Below, in pieces: positions 1 through 8,625 of a DNA stretch of 36,103 nucleotides (its first letter is position 1; each line of letters opens with the position of its first letter). Both the position numbers and the translations under genes were made by a program. Under the pieces are notes generated by a model. That model did no database searches. It saw only the letters and a list, made by a program, of their open reading frames with translations, and had not been told where the DNA came from. Source of the stretch: an uncultured cyanobacterium (GTDB lineage Bacteria > Cyanobacteriota > Cyanobacteriia > Leptolyngbyales > Leptolyngbyaceae); NCBI GenBank assembly GCA_963766075.1, contig CAVYAN010000043.1, positions 1 through 36,103 of the forward strand, given 5' to 3'.

Positions 1-125
1 GGAGGAGCGATCGCAACAGATTCCGCCGTCTCCAGATCGGCTAACGTTTGCGACAGTGGCGAAATGAAGAACAGCCCACTTGCCGTAAGCTGAAGGCGAA
101 TACGTTGGCGATTCGTGCTATTCAT
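1..125 (-). CDS. 5' end of a hypothetical protein running off the left edge (MNSTNRQRIRLQLTASGLFFISPLSQTLADLETAESVAIAP...)
   Basis: ATG at 125-123 preceded by a GAGGAG Shine-Dalgarno on the minus strand. The frame is open to base 1. The basic-then-hydrophobic N-terminus may be a signal peptide. Confidence 0.6.
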   Translation of the reverse strand, partial: MNSTNRQRIRLQLTASGLFFISPLSQTLADLETAESVAIAP

Positions 126-377
126 GACTCAATCTCCTCATCTCATGAGGTTAATTGAGCAATGCAGCACACCTAACGAACAGAACGATCTTCTTCGGAA
201 TTCTCCGAATGCTCGGAGCAATCTGGAAATTACTAGAATCAGCCATTAATCGGCGTTTACAGCCAGCAGAACTCAAAAAAGAGCACATAGGACGGGGGAT
301 GTCAGGGAAGTGTGATGAGGACGAGTAAGCCAGCGCAGCGAATTTCAGGTGGAGAAGATTGATGGGCTAGGGGTAGG

Positions 378-412
378 GCGATCACCCTCAGATATGGAGC
401 GATCACCCTCAG
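378..412. repeat. Direct repeat GCGATCACCCTCAG x2, period 21
   Basis: Identical 14-mers at 378-391 and 399-412. Confidence 0.85.
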
Positions 413-441
413 TCAGGAAGCCGTCATGGAATACCTCGAAA

Positions 442-1221
442 TTATTGGGGATTGATTTTTCGCTCCGTGGAATTCACTGTAGAATCTGCCGCGCTAAAAA
501 AATCGATCACTTGGGCCAGAACTTGCAAAGTGTTCTGAGTGTCCTCATTTTTTATACATTTTCTAATCCCCTCCAGCCCATCAAAAAACTGGGTCAAAGC
601 CTCCCCAAATTCGGGTGCCACGAGGTCATCCGGCTGCTTCAGGAACGGAGAAATCGCATCCAGTAACTCGCTGACGGTATCAATGCGGTCATCTCGGAGG
701 CACTGTCGCAGAGCATGCAGGCCCATTTGCAGCATTTCCACGGCCCCGATAAACGCAAAAATCGAGGCCGTCTTTTGACTTTTGAGCCGTGGCCGCACAT
801 CATCCACCAAGGCCGCCAATTCGTCAGACTCATCATCCAGCAGGCTCAGGGAGGGCGGTGGCAACTTGGCTGGGGTCCCCGCAGCCTGGAGCAACTCTTC
901 CTGAGCCGTTTTGCTGAGTACCTGTTCAATCCATGCATTAATCGAACGTCCGGCCAGCTTGGCTGCGTCGTGGATATCTTGATGAATTGCCGGAGTGGTC
1001 CGGACTAACAAGCGCCCAGAGAAAGACACCTTTTCCTTGGGAGAAGCCATATCATCACGTTTGCCTGCCAAAGGTTTCTTCTTTCCTACATCTGTTGTAG
1101 ATCCTTTATCCAGAGCTGGCCGGAGTTGTCCGGAAGATGCTGGGGGATTTACCGATGGAGTGATTTCAAAACCACTGATCTGAGCAGCGCTGTGAATAGG
1201 GTAGGTAATATCAGTCATCAC
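442..1221 (-). CDS. HicB-family ribbon-helix-helix domain protein with a repeated helical C-terminal extension
   Basis: FSGRLLVRTTPAIHQDIHDAAKLAGRSINAWIEQVL matches the HicB C-terminal RHH pattern. Start uncertain (GTG 1221, ATG 1218 or ATG 1050). Confidence 0.75.
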   Translation of the reverse strand: MMTDITYPIHSAAQISGFEITPSVNPPASSGQLRPALDKGSTTDVGKKKPLAGKRDDMASPKEKVSFSGRLLVRTTPAIHQDIHDAAKLAGRSINAWIEQVLSKTAQEELLQAAGTPAKLPPPSLSLLDDESDELAALVDDVRPRLKSQKTASIFAFIGAVEMLQMGLHALRQCLRDDRIDTVSELLDAISPFLKQPDDLVAPEFGEALTQFFDGLEGIRKCIKNEDTQNTLQVLAQVIDFFSAADSTVNSTERKINPQ

Positions 1222-1771
1222 ACAGGGATATCACACGAGGGGATTCAACGAAAGCATAAATTCGGTTGGCGATTGCCGAACGATCTCCAGCAAGGCTAAG
1301 ACGAGCAAACCCCCACCGTCATCCCCAGGATCCGCAGGGGAAATCACTGCCGAAATCAGCACGTGCTAACCGTATCGCCTCAATGCTATCAAAAATGCGA
1401 GAAACCGCAAACTTTTTAAATTTATTCAATAAAAAGTATATGATGCTACCCAGCAAATTTAAACTTCTCAAATATTTAATTTTTGTTTTGCAGGCTATCG
1501 AACTGCTACTACTCAAAATCCGCACTAAAAAAGGGCCCTCAAGTTTTTAGTACCTATGTATTTAATCATTAATTTTGAAGATGCCGCGTATTTTCCGGGA
1601 ATGCAAAAGGGAGCATCCAATCGATATCCCTTCCTGGAATGAGTCTAATCCGGAGGAGCACGATAAAGTAACGTGAAGTATCGAATTAGTATCAATAAAG
1701 TTGTGTGCTAGCATGTTGACATGAGGAGCGACGCTACACCCCAAAAACCACGCCACAGGAGGAAGAGGATC

Positions 1772-2065
1772 ATGTTCTACATCCCGTTTCTACCCCGTCC
1801 ACAGGCGACCCAAGACTTGAGTCCGGCTCAATCCCCCAAACCTCAACCCCAAAAATATTACTGGGGGTTAAATCTGACACCCCATGAGGCGATCGCCCAG
1901 GTTGTTGATATCACCGACTTGCCCCCCGATCGGGTTCAAGTGCAATGGGGTGCATCATACTATTTAGCGCGATCGCTGGCTCCCGGCCACTCCTATAGAG
2001 CCGGAGAGTGGGTGACTGTAATTTGTGGAGAAAATAATTACCTGTGGATTGAGCCGACTCTATAA
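1772..2065 (+). CDS. Short soluble NfeD-like C-terminal (OB-fold) domain protein
   Basis: RVQVQWGASYYLARS...GEWVTVICGENNYLWIEP resembles the NfeD C-terminal domain. ATG 1772 follows AGGAGGAAGAGG. Confidence 0.65.
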   Translation: MFYIPFLPRPQATQDLSPAQSPKPQPQKYYWGLNLTPHEAIAQVVDITDLPPDRVQVQWGASYYLARSLAPGHSYRAGEWVTVICGENNYLWIEPTL

Positions 2066-2098
2066 GCCTTTGCGCCCATGGATGGACCACGCTTAGAA

Positions 2099-2153
2099 AA
2101 GCACCAATATTAAGTTGGATATGTTTAATATTGGTGCTTATTTTATGTATAAT
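2099..2153. promoter_or_regulatory. Perfect 15-bp inverted repeat (terminator or operator) overlapping a putative sigma70 promoter
   Basis: AAGCACCAATATTAA (2099-2113), 11-nt loop, TTAATATTGGTGCTT (2125-2139). TTAATA (2125-2130) lies 17 bp upstream of TATAAT (2148-2153). Confidence 0.55.
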
Positions 2154-2242
2154 CAACACATGCAATTAGCTGATTGCCGGGAACGCAGTCTGGAGTGGGA
2201 ATTAAGTTCGGATACATCATCATCTAGTCGTGGAGTTGTGCT

Positions 2243-2473
2243 GTGAAAATTGTCAAAAAACGGGGTTTGCTGTTCCGTTGGGCTTCCTGGTTTGCTAGAC
2301 ACTACGGGCAGTTTCTGTTGGTGTTGCTCATGGCCTGTGTCTTGACTGCGATTCTGGGCATCCCAGTCATTCATCTGATCCCAGACTGGCTGTGGGAGCA
2401 AATTGGCCGACTGGCGCTGTTTGCGATCACCCTGTTTGCCTTGGCCGTGATGCTGGATCCCAATCGTTCCTAG
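2243..2473 (+). CDS. Small hypothetical membrane protein (2 TM)
   Basis: 76-aa ORF with a basic N-terminus and two hydrophobic stretches; putative promoter upstream. Confidence 0.55.
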   Translation: MKIVKKRGLLFRWASWFARHYGQFLLVLLMACVLTAILGIPVIHLIPDWLWEQIGRLALFAITLFALAVMLDPNRS

Positions 2474-2677
2474 CGCAGGCCCACGAGTTGTCGTTGAAAC
2501 TGCGGCGATCGCCTGCTCCTCAGATCCCCAGCTTTTCAGAAAAGCTGGGGATCTCGATTCAAGAGAGTTTCGCGATTGCCCTTCCCCTGCGGTTCTGGAT
2601 GCATCGACTGGCAGAATCGACATAGAATAAAGCAAGGCAACGCAGAGTCAGCACGGTTGTGTTTTGAGGAAATTGCG

Positions 2678-3499
2678 ATGGTTTTGCAAGTTTCGCCCAC
2701 GGCAACGGCAGACATCATTTACCCCGATTGCGACGGTGAACCGGTGGCCAATAATACCGAGCAGTTTGAAATCATCGTCCTGATCAAGGGGAATCTCGAT
2801 ATTTTGTTTGCAGAAGATCCCAATGTCTTCATTGCTGGGGATTTGTTTTGGTATCCGATTGCAGGCAACAATACGGTCAAATATGCACCCGATGTGATGG
2901 TAGCTTTGGGCCGCCCCAAGGGCAAACGCTACTCCTATAAACAATGGGAAGAGGGCAATCAGCCTCCCCAAGTGGTCTTTGAGATTCTTTCGCCCAGCAA
3001 CACCCCCCGAGAAATGACTCGGAAGCTCTTGTTTTATGATCACCACGGGGTCGAGGAATATTACCTCTATGACCCAGCTATCCCTGAGCTAAGCGTTTGG
3101 CTGCGGGGTGATTTAGGACTGGATTTAATTGATATTGAGCAAACGTGGACTAGCCCGAGACTGGGCATCCGCTTTGACATCAGTAATTCAGAACTGGCAC
3201 TCTACTACCCGAATGGGCAACCTTTCCTGAGTTTTCTAGAACTAGAACAGCGGGCCAAGACTGCCCAACAACGCGCCGAAACTGCCGAGCAACGCGCCGA
3301 AACCGCCGAGCAACGCGCCGAAACTGCCGAGCAACGCGCCGAACAAATCCAAGAAACATTGCACCAAGCTGTACGCCAATTGTTAGGGATGGAGATGTCC
3401 GTGGAGCAGGTTGCAGCAGTCCTAACGTTGCCCGTAGAAGCCGTAGTGGCGATCGCATCATCTCCAGAAGGGGGGCCCTCGGCTTCAACGCACCCCTAG
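2678..3499 (+). CDS. Uma2 family (DUF820) putative endonuclease with coiled-coil repeat and C-terminal HTH-like tail
   Basis: YPDCDGEPVANNTEQF, APDVMV, PQVVFEILSPSN and GVEEYYLYDP motifs. GAGG precedes ATG 2678. Confidence 0.92.
   Translation: MVLQVSPTATADIIYPDCDGEPVANNTEQFEIIVLIKGNLDILFAEDPNVFIAGDLFWYPIAGNNTVKYAPDVMVALGRPKGKRYSYKQWEEGNQPPQVVFEILSPSNTPREMTRKLLFYDHHGVEEYYLYDPAIPELSVWLRGDLGLDLIDIEQTWTSPRLGIRFDISNSELALYYPNGQPFLSFLELEQRAKTAQQRAETAEQRAETAEQRAETAEQRAEQIQETLHQAVRQLLGMEMSVEQVAAVLTLPVEAVVAIASSPEGGPSASTHP
3248..3343 (+). repeat. 21-bp coding tandem repeat (QRAETAE) in the Uma2 gene
   Basis: CAACGCGCCGAAACYGCCGAG at 3269, 3290 and 3311, partial copy at 3332, degenerate copy at 3248. 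Confidence 0.95.
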
Positions 3500-3534
3500 C
3501 GCTTAACCCATGGGGCTCTGGGGGAGTGTTCGGC

Positions 3535-5023
3535 CTAAAACTCGTAGGCTTGAATCAGCTTGGTCACCAGCTTGCGGTGCTCCGGAGCAACCGCCACGGT
3601 ATTCCCCGCCGAAGTCAAAATTAAGTCGCCAATGGTATCGAGTGCCCGCTCGTTAATCCCATCAATTAGCAGCTCGGGCATCGTCAGATTGGCTTCGGCA
3701 ATTTGTTTAATCACGGGAGCAGGGTTGGCCTGTTCGGCAATAGCCTTCAGTACCTGAAACTCATATTCCGGTAACTGCCTCATCAACACGGTCCACTCCT
3801 CAGGAAATTCCGAGACGGGGCGCTCAGTTGGCCGCATAGACCGACCTGCCGCGCTATTGGCAGGCGTGCTATTGGCAGATGCGCGATGCAGCGCCGCACC
3901 GTTGGGGACAACGCGACTAGGGGCCACATGACTCAGTACTGGCATTTGGGGATCTGCCGACGTTGCCATCCGCCCAGCCCCGTGGCCCTCTCCTACCCCC
4001 CGTGATGGCAGTGAACTGGCCTGGATCGCAGGTGCAGGCTCCGTCGGAGGAGCCACGGACCGAGTCATGGGGGCGATCGCTGGGTGCGTATTGACCGGAA
4101 CCTGGCCGCGATCGCGAAGTTGGTGTTCCAGTTCTGCGAGGGTCGCTTGGCGATCGGCGATCGTTGCCTGTAACTGTTGCAGTTCTACCTGAAGCGCATG
4201 GGTGCTTGCAGCCAATTCCGCGTTTAAGGTGGTGGCAGCACTGCGTTTGTTGCTGCAACGCATCACGACTCTGCGTTAATCCCTCAATTTCCTGGCGCAA
4301 CTCCGCCACCGCTGACTCCAACTCCTGTTTTTGCTGCTGCAAAGGCGTGAGTTCTTGAGTCAGCCGATCTAAGGCTAGTCGTTCTTCCTTAAGCTGCACC
4401 TGGACTTGAGCATACTCGGCCTGCAATTCATTCAGCTTGGCTTCAATCTTGCGCTTGGCAGATTTCTTGTCCGCCAAAAATTTATTCAAATCATCGGGGT
4501 CACGGCGTGGAGGATCCTGGATCTGCGTGGGGAGGGTGTGGGGAGACAAGTCTAAGGTGGGAATGGCCGGAACTGGTGTGGACAGATCCCAACTCAGAGC
4601 GGGTTTGCGCGTTGCCATTACTGCCATAATCTGAGCCGACTCTGCGGCTGGACCAATTTGGGCAATGGCCGTGGCAGTGGCGGCGAAGGATGGCACGGGC
4701 TGCCCGTAGGGCGTCCCCACCCCCGATGGCTGCATATATAAGCTGGCTTCCAAGCGCTGTCGCTCCGTAGACAGGTCTAGGAATGCCTCGTACTCTTCCA
4801 ACCGCCGCTGCTGTAGGACACGAATATGGGCCGTCAGCGCGGCCAACCGCGACTCGCCCTGTTGTCGCTGGCGGCGGTTAACAATTCCCGTTGCCACCAG
4901 TGCCGCAGGCACAGCAATCATGCCGGTGCCCATCGCTTTGCCAAAATCGCGACTGGTGACTAAACCGATCGCCAAACCCATTCCAAATGCCACAGACCCC
5001 AGCAAAACGCGATTACTCACCAT
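3535..5023 (-). pseudogene. Membrane-anchored coiled-coil protein with TerB C-terminal domain, split by a frameshift near 4240 (pseudogene or sequencing error)
   Basis: ORF 3917-5023 supplies two N-terminal TMs and a coiled coil. ORF 3535-4266 continues the coil and ends in MPELLIDGINERALDTIGDLIL (TerB_C-like). Removing one base near 4240 gives ~495 aa. Confidence 0.75.
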
Positions 5024-5291
5024 AGCAAGAAATTAGTGGACAACAAGAAATAATCCCTAACCTAAACCAATCCCCGTTGCGATCGCCCGTCTCATCTCGG
5101 CCCAATAACCGGATTACACAACCGTACATAAATAGTACGCCGTCTCTCCCCAAATGGGCCTTTCTTCCTAAAGCACTTCCCAGATTTGGAACACTGTTTT
5201 TAGCCCCTCGGCAAAACCCTGCGTCATCTTCTTGCACTGAGGCTACAATCTCATCACACCGTCTTCAACCCAAAGGGAATGGATTTTAGCT

Positions 5292-6095
5292 ATGGACCCG
5301 ATCATTGCCGGTATTGTGCTCGCCATCCTCGGCTACTTTGCCGGGGGCGTGAAGGTCATCAATGAAGGGGAAGAAGGTGTTGTAGAAGAATTTGGTCGGT
5401 TCAAAGGGCGATTGGAACCCGGTCCCCATTGGATCCCACCCCTAATTCAGCGGGTTTCGGTGGAATCGACTCGGGAGCAAACCCTGGATATTCCGCCCAA
5501 GCCTGCCATTACTCAGGACAGTGTGCCGTTGGAAGTAGATGCGATCGTCTTCTGGAAGCTGACCGATGTGGAGCAGTTTTATCGGGGCGTGGAAGATCTG
5601 GAAGGGGCACTGGAAAATTTGGTTTCAACGACCCTACGGGATGAGATTGGGCAACTTACCTTGGAGCAAATCAACTCCAGGCGGGGTGAAATCAACAAAA
5701 AGATGTTGAAATTGCTGGATGATGCCACAGCAAATTGGGGCGTGAAGGTAATTCGGGTGGAAATCCAAGGCATTATTTTATCGGATGATATTCGCAAGGC
5801 CCTGGAGTTGGAGCGTGGTGCCGAAAGTAAACGCAAAGCTAGCATTGCCGAGGCCGAAGGAAAGGTAAAGTCCATTCAGTTGCTATCCCAAGCGCTTGAG
5901 GGCCAGTCCGACGCCAAGACGATTTTGAAATATCTGGCCCTGCAAGATTACGTGACGGCCAACTCCAAGATTGGTGAAAGCGAAAATGCCAAGATCATTT
6001 TCATGGATCCCAAGGCGCTGACCGAAACGATTGGTGAGCTGATTGCCGGAGATGATTCCAACGGGGGCATGGGTAATGGGAATGGAACCAACTAG
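5292..6095 (+). CDS. SPFH/band 7 (stomatin/paraslipin-like) protein
   Basis: N-terminal TM; motifs GVVEEFGRF, AITQDSVPLEVDAIVFW and WGVKVIRVEIQ. Confidence 0.92.
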   Translation: MDPIIAGIVLAILGYFAGGVKVINEGEEGVVEEFGRFKGRLEPGPHWIPPLIQRVSVESTREQTLDIPPKPAITQDSVPLEVDAIVFWKLTDVEQFYRGVEDLEGALENLVSTTLRDEIGQLTLEQINSRRGEINKKMLKLLDDATANWGVKVIRVEIQGIILSDDIRKALELERGAESKRKASIAEAEGKVKSIQLLSQALEGQSDAKTILKYLALQDYVTANSKIGESENAKIIFMDPKALTETIGELIAGDDSNGGMGNGNGTN

Positions 6096-6158
6096 AACGC
6101 CGCTAGAAATTTAGAAATTAACTAGTGGCGAATAAAATAAAAGCGTGTCGGAGTGTGG

Positions 6159-7037
6159 CTATTGCCGCCATAGGGCGTCGGCAACGCGGGCCACATCAGC
6201 CATGGCCGCAACATCGTGGACTCGCAGCAGGTCTGCGCCACCCGCGATCGCCCCACAACAGGCTGCCGCCGTGCCCCATACCCGTGCCTGGGGATCCGGT
6301 TGATTCAAGATCGTGCCAATAAAACTCTTGCGGGAGGGGCCAATCAGCACCGGATAGCCCAAGGCCCGCAGTTCCGGGACGCGCCGCAGAATTTCCAGGT
6401 TTTGGGCCATGGTTTTGGCAAATCCAATGCCGGGATCCAGGGCAATTTGGTTGGGGGAAATGCCCGCCGCGATCGCCGCCGCCGCCCGCTGTTGCAGCAC
6501 CGTGCAAATTTCCCCCATCACATCGGTATAGTCTGTCATCTGCTGCATGGTCTTGGGCGTGCCCCGCAGATGCATAAGAATAATCGGTACAGCCAAGGCC
6601 GCCACCGTGGGAAGCATAGCGGCATCGTAGAGGCCACCAGAGATGTCATTCACCACATCGGCTCCCGCCGCGATCGCCACCCGCGCCACCGTTGCCCGCG
6701 TTGTATCCACAGAAATTGCGATGGGCGATCGCGCCCGGATTGCTTCAATCACCGGAATTACCCGCTGCAACTCAGTCTCCAAGCTGATTTCTTCCGCCTG
6801 GGGCCGTGTGGATTGTCCTCCCACATCCAGCAGGTCAGTCCCAGCCGCTACCATGGCTGTGGCCTGTTCCACCGCCGCGGCTACGGTCGTAAACTGTCCG
6901 CCATCGCTAAAGCTATCCGGTGTGACGTTCAAAACGCCCATGATGTAGGTGCGATCGCCCCAGTCAAATACCTGATCCCGCACGCTCCAAGCCGATAGTT
7001 TGGGCCTATCCGTTTTGGACCTATCCATTTTGGGCAT
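6159..7037 (-). CDS. folP: Dihydropteroate synthase
   Basis: IMGVLNVTPDSFSDGG, DPGIGFAK, SRKSFIG and LRVHDV motifs. Start uncertain (ATG 7037 or 7028, TTG 7067). Confidence 0.97.
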   Translation of the reverse strand: MPKMDRSKTDRPKLSAWSVRDQVFDWGDRTYIMGVLNVTPDSFSDGGQFTTVAAAVEQATAMVAAGTDLLDVGGQSTRPQAEEISLETELQRVIPVIEAIRARSPIAISVDTTRATVARVAIAAGADVVNDISGGLYDAAMLPTVAALAVPIILMHLRGTPKTMQQMTDYTDVMGEICTVLQQRAAAAIAAGISPNQIALDPGIGFAKTMAQNLEILRRVPELRALGYPVLIGPSRKSFIGTILNQPDPQARVWGTAAACCGAIAGGADLLRVHDVAAMADVARVADALWRQ

Positions 7038-7043
7038 ATCCGT
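6999..7043. repeat. 15-bp tandem repeat x3 at the folP 5' end
   Basis: TTTGGGCCTATCCGT / TTTGGACCTATCCAT / TTTGGGCATATCCGT. Confidence 0.9.
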
Positions 7044-7211
7044 TCTGCTTCCTCCTGACGATGCCAAGTTTCACTCAGAATAGAATTCGGAATGGAATTC
7101 GGACTTATAGATTTGGACTATAGATTTATAGATCACTGCGTCGATTTGCCAAAATGCGCCTATATTCTTTAGGGTCTGCTGTTTGCAGCCCTGTCGTTGG
7201 GGACTTTAACC

Positions 7212-7874
7212 GTGACTATTCCATCTTTTCCTGAAAGTAGCCATCCCATTGTCAAATCCCTTGCCCACCACAGCGATCAAGATCTGGTCACCCTGTTACA
7301 GCGGCATGCCGACTCTGGGAAATATTTCATCGCCATTTTCTGTCGCTATAGTCCCATGGTGTATACCCTGGTGCAGCATTCCGCGCGATCGCCCGTCCAG
7401 GCCGACTACCTGTTCGCCACCACCTGGCGGCACCTCTTCTATGAATTGCGCGGGCTCGATCTGCACCAAGTCGGCCCTAACGGCGAACCCCTGTTTACAT
7501 TACAAAGCTGGCTGATCAACGTCACGGCCATCTGCATCAATCAAGCCGAACTGCCCCCGGTCGAAGCCATCCACTACAACATCCAAGCCGCCTCGCCTCC
7601 CCTATGGTGCTACTTGGAGCAGGCCCTAGACCAACTGTCCCCCGTCCTGCGGCTGATGGTGCTTATGGCCCAAACCTTTAGCTGGAGCGAAACTCGCATT
7701 TCCGCCTATTTACAAGCCGAAGGCGAAGCCATTTCTCCTGCCCAAGTGCGGGTCCACCTACAGGAAGGCTATCGTTTGCTCCAAGAGGCACTGCCAGAAG
7801 ATGTGCGAGAAATTTACGTTCCCGAAGCTCTAGGCTTTTCCAACTACGCCCCCACCCTAGACGCCCTAGTGTAA
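7212..7874 (+). CDS. Cyanobacterial sigma-70/ECF-like RNA polymerase sigma factor family protein
   Basis: Region-2-like FIAIFCRYSPMVY...QSWLINVT and region-4-like LEQALDQLSPVLRLMVLM...WSETRISAYL. Likely GTG start at 7212. Confidence 0.75.
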   Translation: MTIPSFPESSHPIVKSLAHHSDQDLVTLLQRHADSGKYFIAIFCRYSPMVYTLVQHSARSPVQADYLFATTWRHLFYELRGLDLHQVGPNGEPLFTLQSWLINVTAICINQAELPPVEAIHYNIQAASPPLWCYLEQALDQLSPVLRLMVLMAQTFSWSETRISAYLQAEGEAISPAQVRVHLQEGYRLLQEALPEDVREIYVPEALGFSNYAPTLDALV

Positions 7875-7963
7875 GGCGAAATCTTATCCGCCAAGCCACA
7901 CCGCAACCCGATTCCCAGGATAGAATCGTAATAAGTAAAAATACATAGCGGCGCGGGAATTCT

Positions 7964-8254
7964 ATGGCGGGTGGCGAACTTCAGGCACAAGGTCCCCTTT
8001 CGGACCGCGAACTTCAAGTGATCGAGCTTGTAGCCGCTGGCTTAACCAATGAGCAAATTGCCGAAAAACTTGAAATCAGCAAACGCACCGTGGACAATCA
8101 TCTCAGCAACATTTTGACAAAGACCGATACCAAAAATCGGGTGGCTTTGGTCCGCTGGGCCTTGCAGTGGGGCAAGGTGTGCCTAGATGATGTCAATTGT
8201 TGTACCTTGCCGCTGCCGGTGAAGCAGAGCAAGGAGGAGGAGATGCACGGATGA
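7964..8254 (+). CDS. pedR: Photosynthetic electron transport-dependent LuxR-type regulator PedR
   Basis: Stand-alone LuxR HTH (LSDRELQVIELV...ISKRTVDNH) with the three-Cys tail GKVCLDDVNCC. Confidence 0.92.
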   Translation: MAGGELQAQGPLSDRELQVIELVAAGLTNEQIAEKLEISKRTVDNHLSNILTKTDTKNRVALVRWALQWGKVCLDDVNCCTLPLPVKQSKEEEMHG

Positions 8255-8505
8255 AATATGGGGTCCGGTTCCCAACGTTACCGCTGGCGGTCTATCGCGA
8301 AGTAGCCGCCCATATCATGCAGGTCAGTGGAGTCAGCGTTGCCCTCCTGCCGCAGCGATCGCCCAGCTTTGACTACAGCCAAAGCCAAATTGACAGCCTG
8401 TGGATCGAGCATGCCGAAACCCTCGATTCAGAGCATCAAGTCCAAGTGCAGCAGATTTTGGCGTACTATAGCGATCGCTATGGCGCATGGGAAAGGATCA
8501 ATTAA
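8251..8505 (+). CDS. Conserved cyanobacterial hypothetical protein coupled to pedR
   Basis: ATGA overlap with the pedR stop; AGGAGG upstream; LPLAVYREVAAH...FDYSQSQI motif. Confidence 0.8.
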   Translation: MKYGVRFPTLPLAVYREVAAHIMQVSGVSVALLPQRSPSFDYSQSQIDSLWIEHAETLDSEHQVQVQQILAYYSDRYGAWERIN

Positions 8506-8585
8506 AAATTGCAAATTAAAAATTTAGACCGCCATCCGGCCTAGATCCCCAACTTTTAATTTTGCACTTTTAATTTTTAATTAAT
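8501..8585. repeat. Inverted clusters of heptamer-like AT-rich short repeats (STRR-type hairpin)
   Basis: ATTAAAAATTGCAAATTAAAAATT faces ACTTTTAATTTTGCACTTTTAATTTTTAAT. Confidence 0.65.
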
Positions 8586-8625
8586 CTTTGGCTGTGGCAT
8601 AAAAATTAATGTACTCGAAAAATTG

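Noticed and set aside
7..14. Frequent GCGATCGC octamers as a novel repeat
   Set aside because: This is the well-known cyanobacterial HIP1; useful only as a host-DNA marker.
442..1756. Complete HicAB toxin-antitoxin locus
   Set aside because: No HicA-like ORF (GSH motif) nearby; ORFs 1266-1550, 1319-1525 and 1562-1756 look like spurious frames in an AT-rich spacer.
3248..3343. Possible CRISPR or non-coding repeat
   Set aside because: In-frame 21-bp coding repeat of the Uma2 coiled coil.
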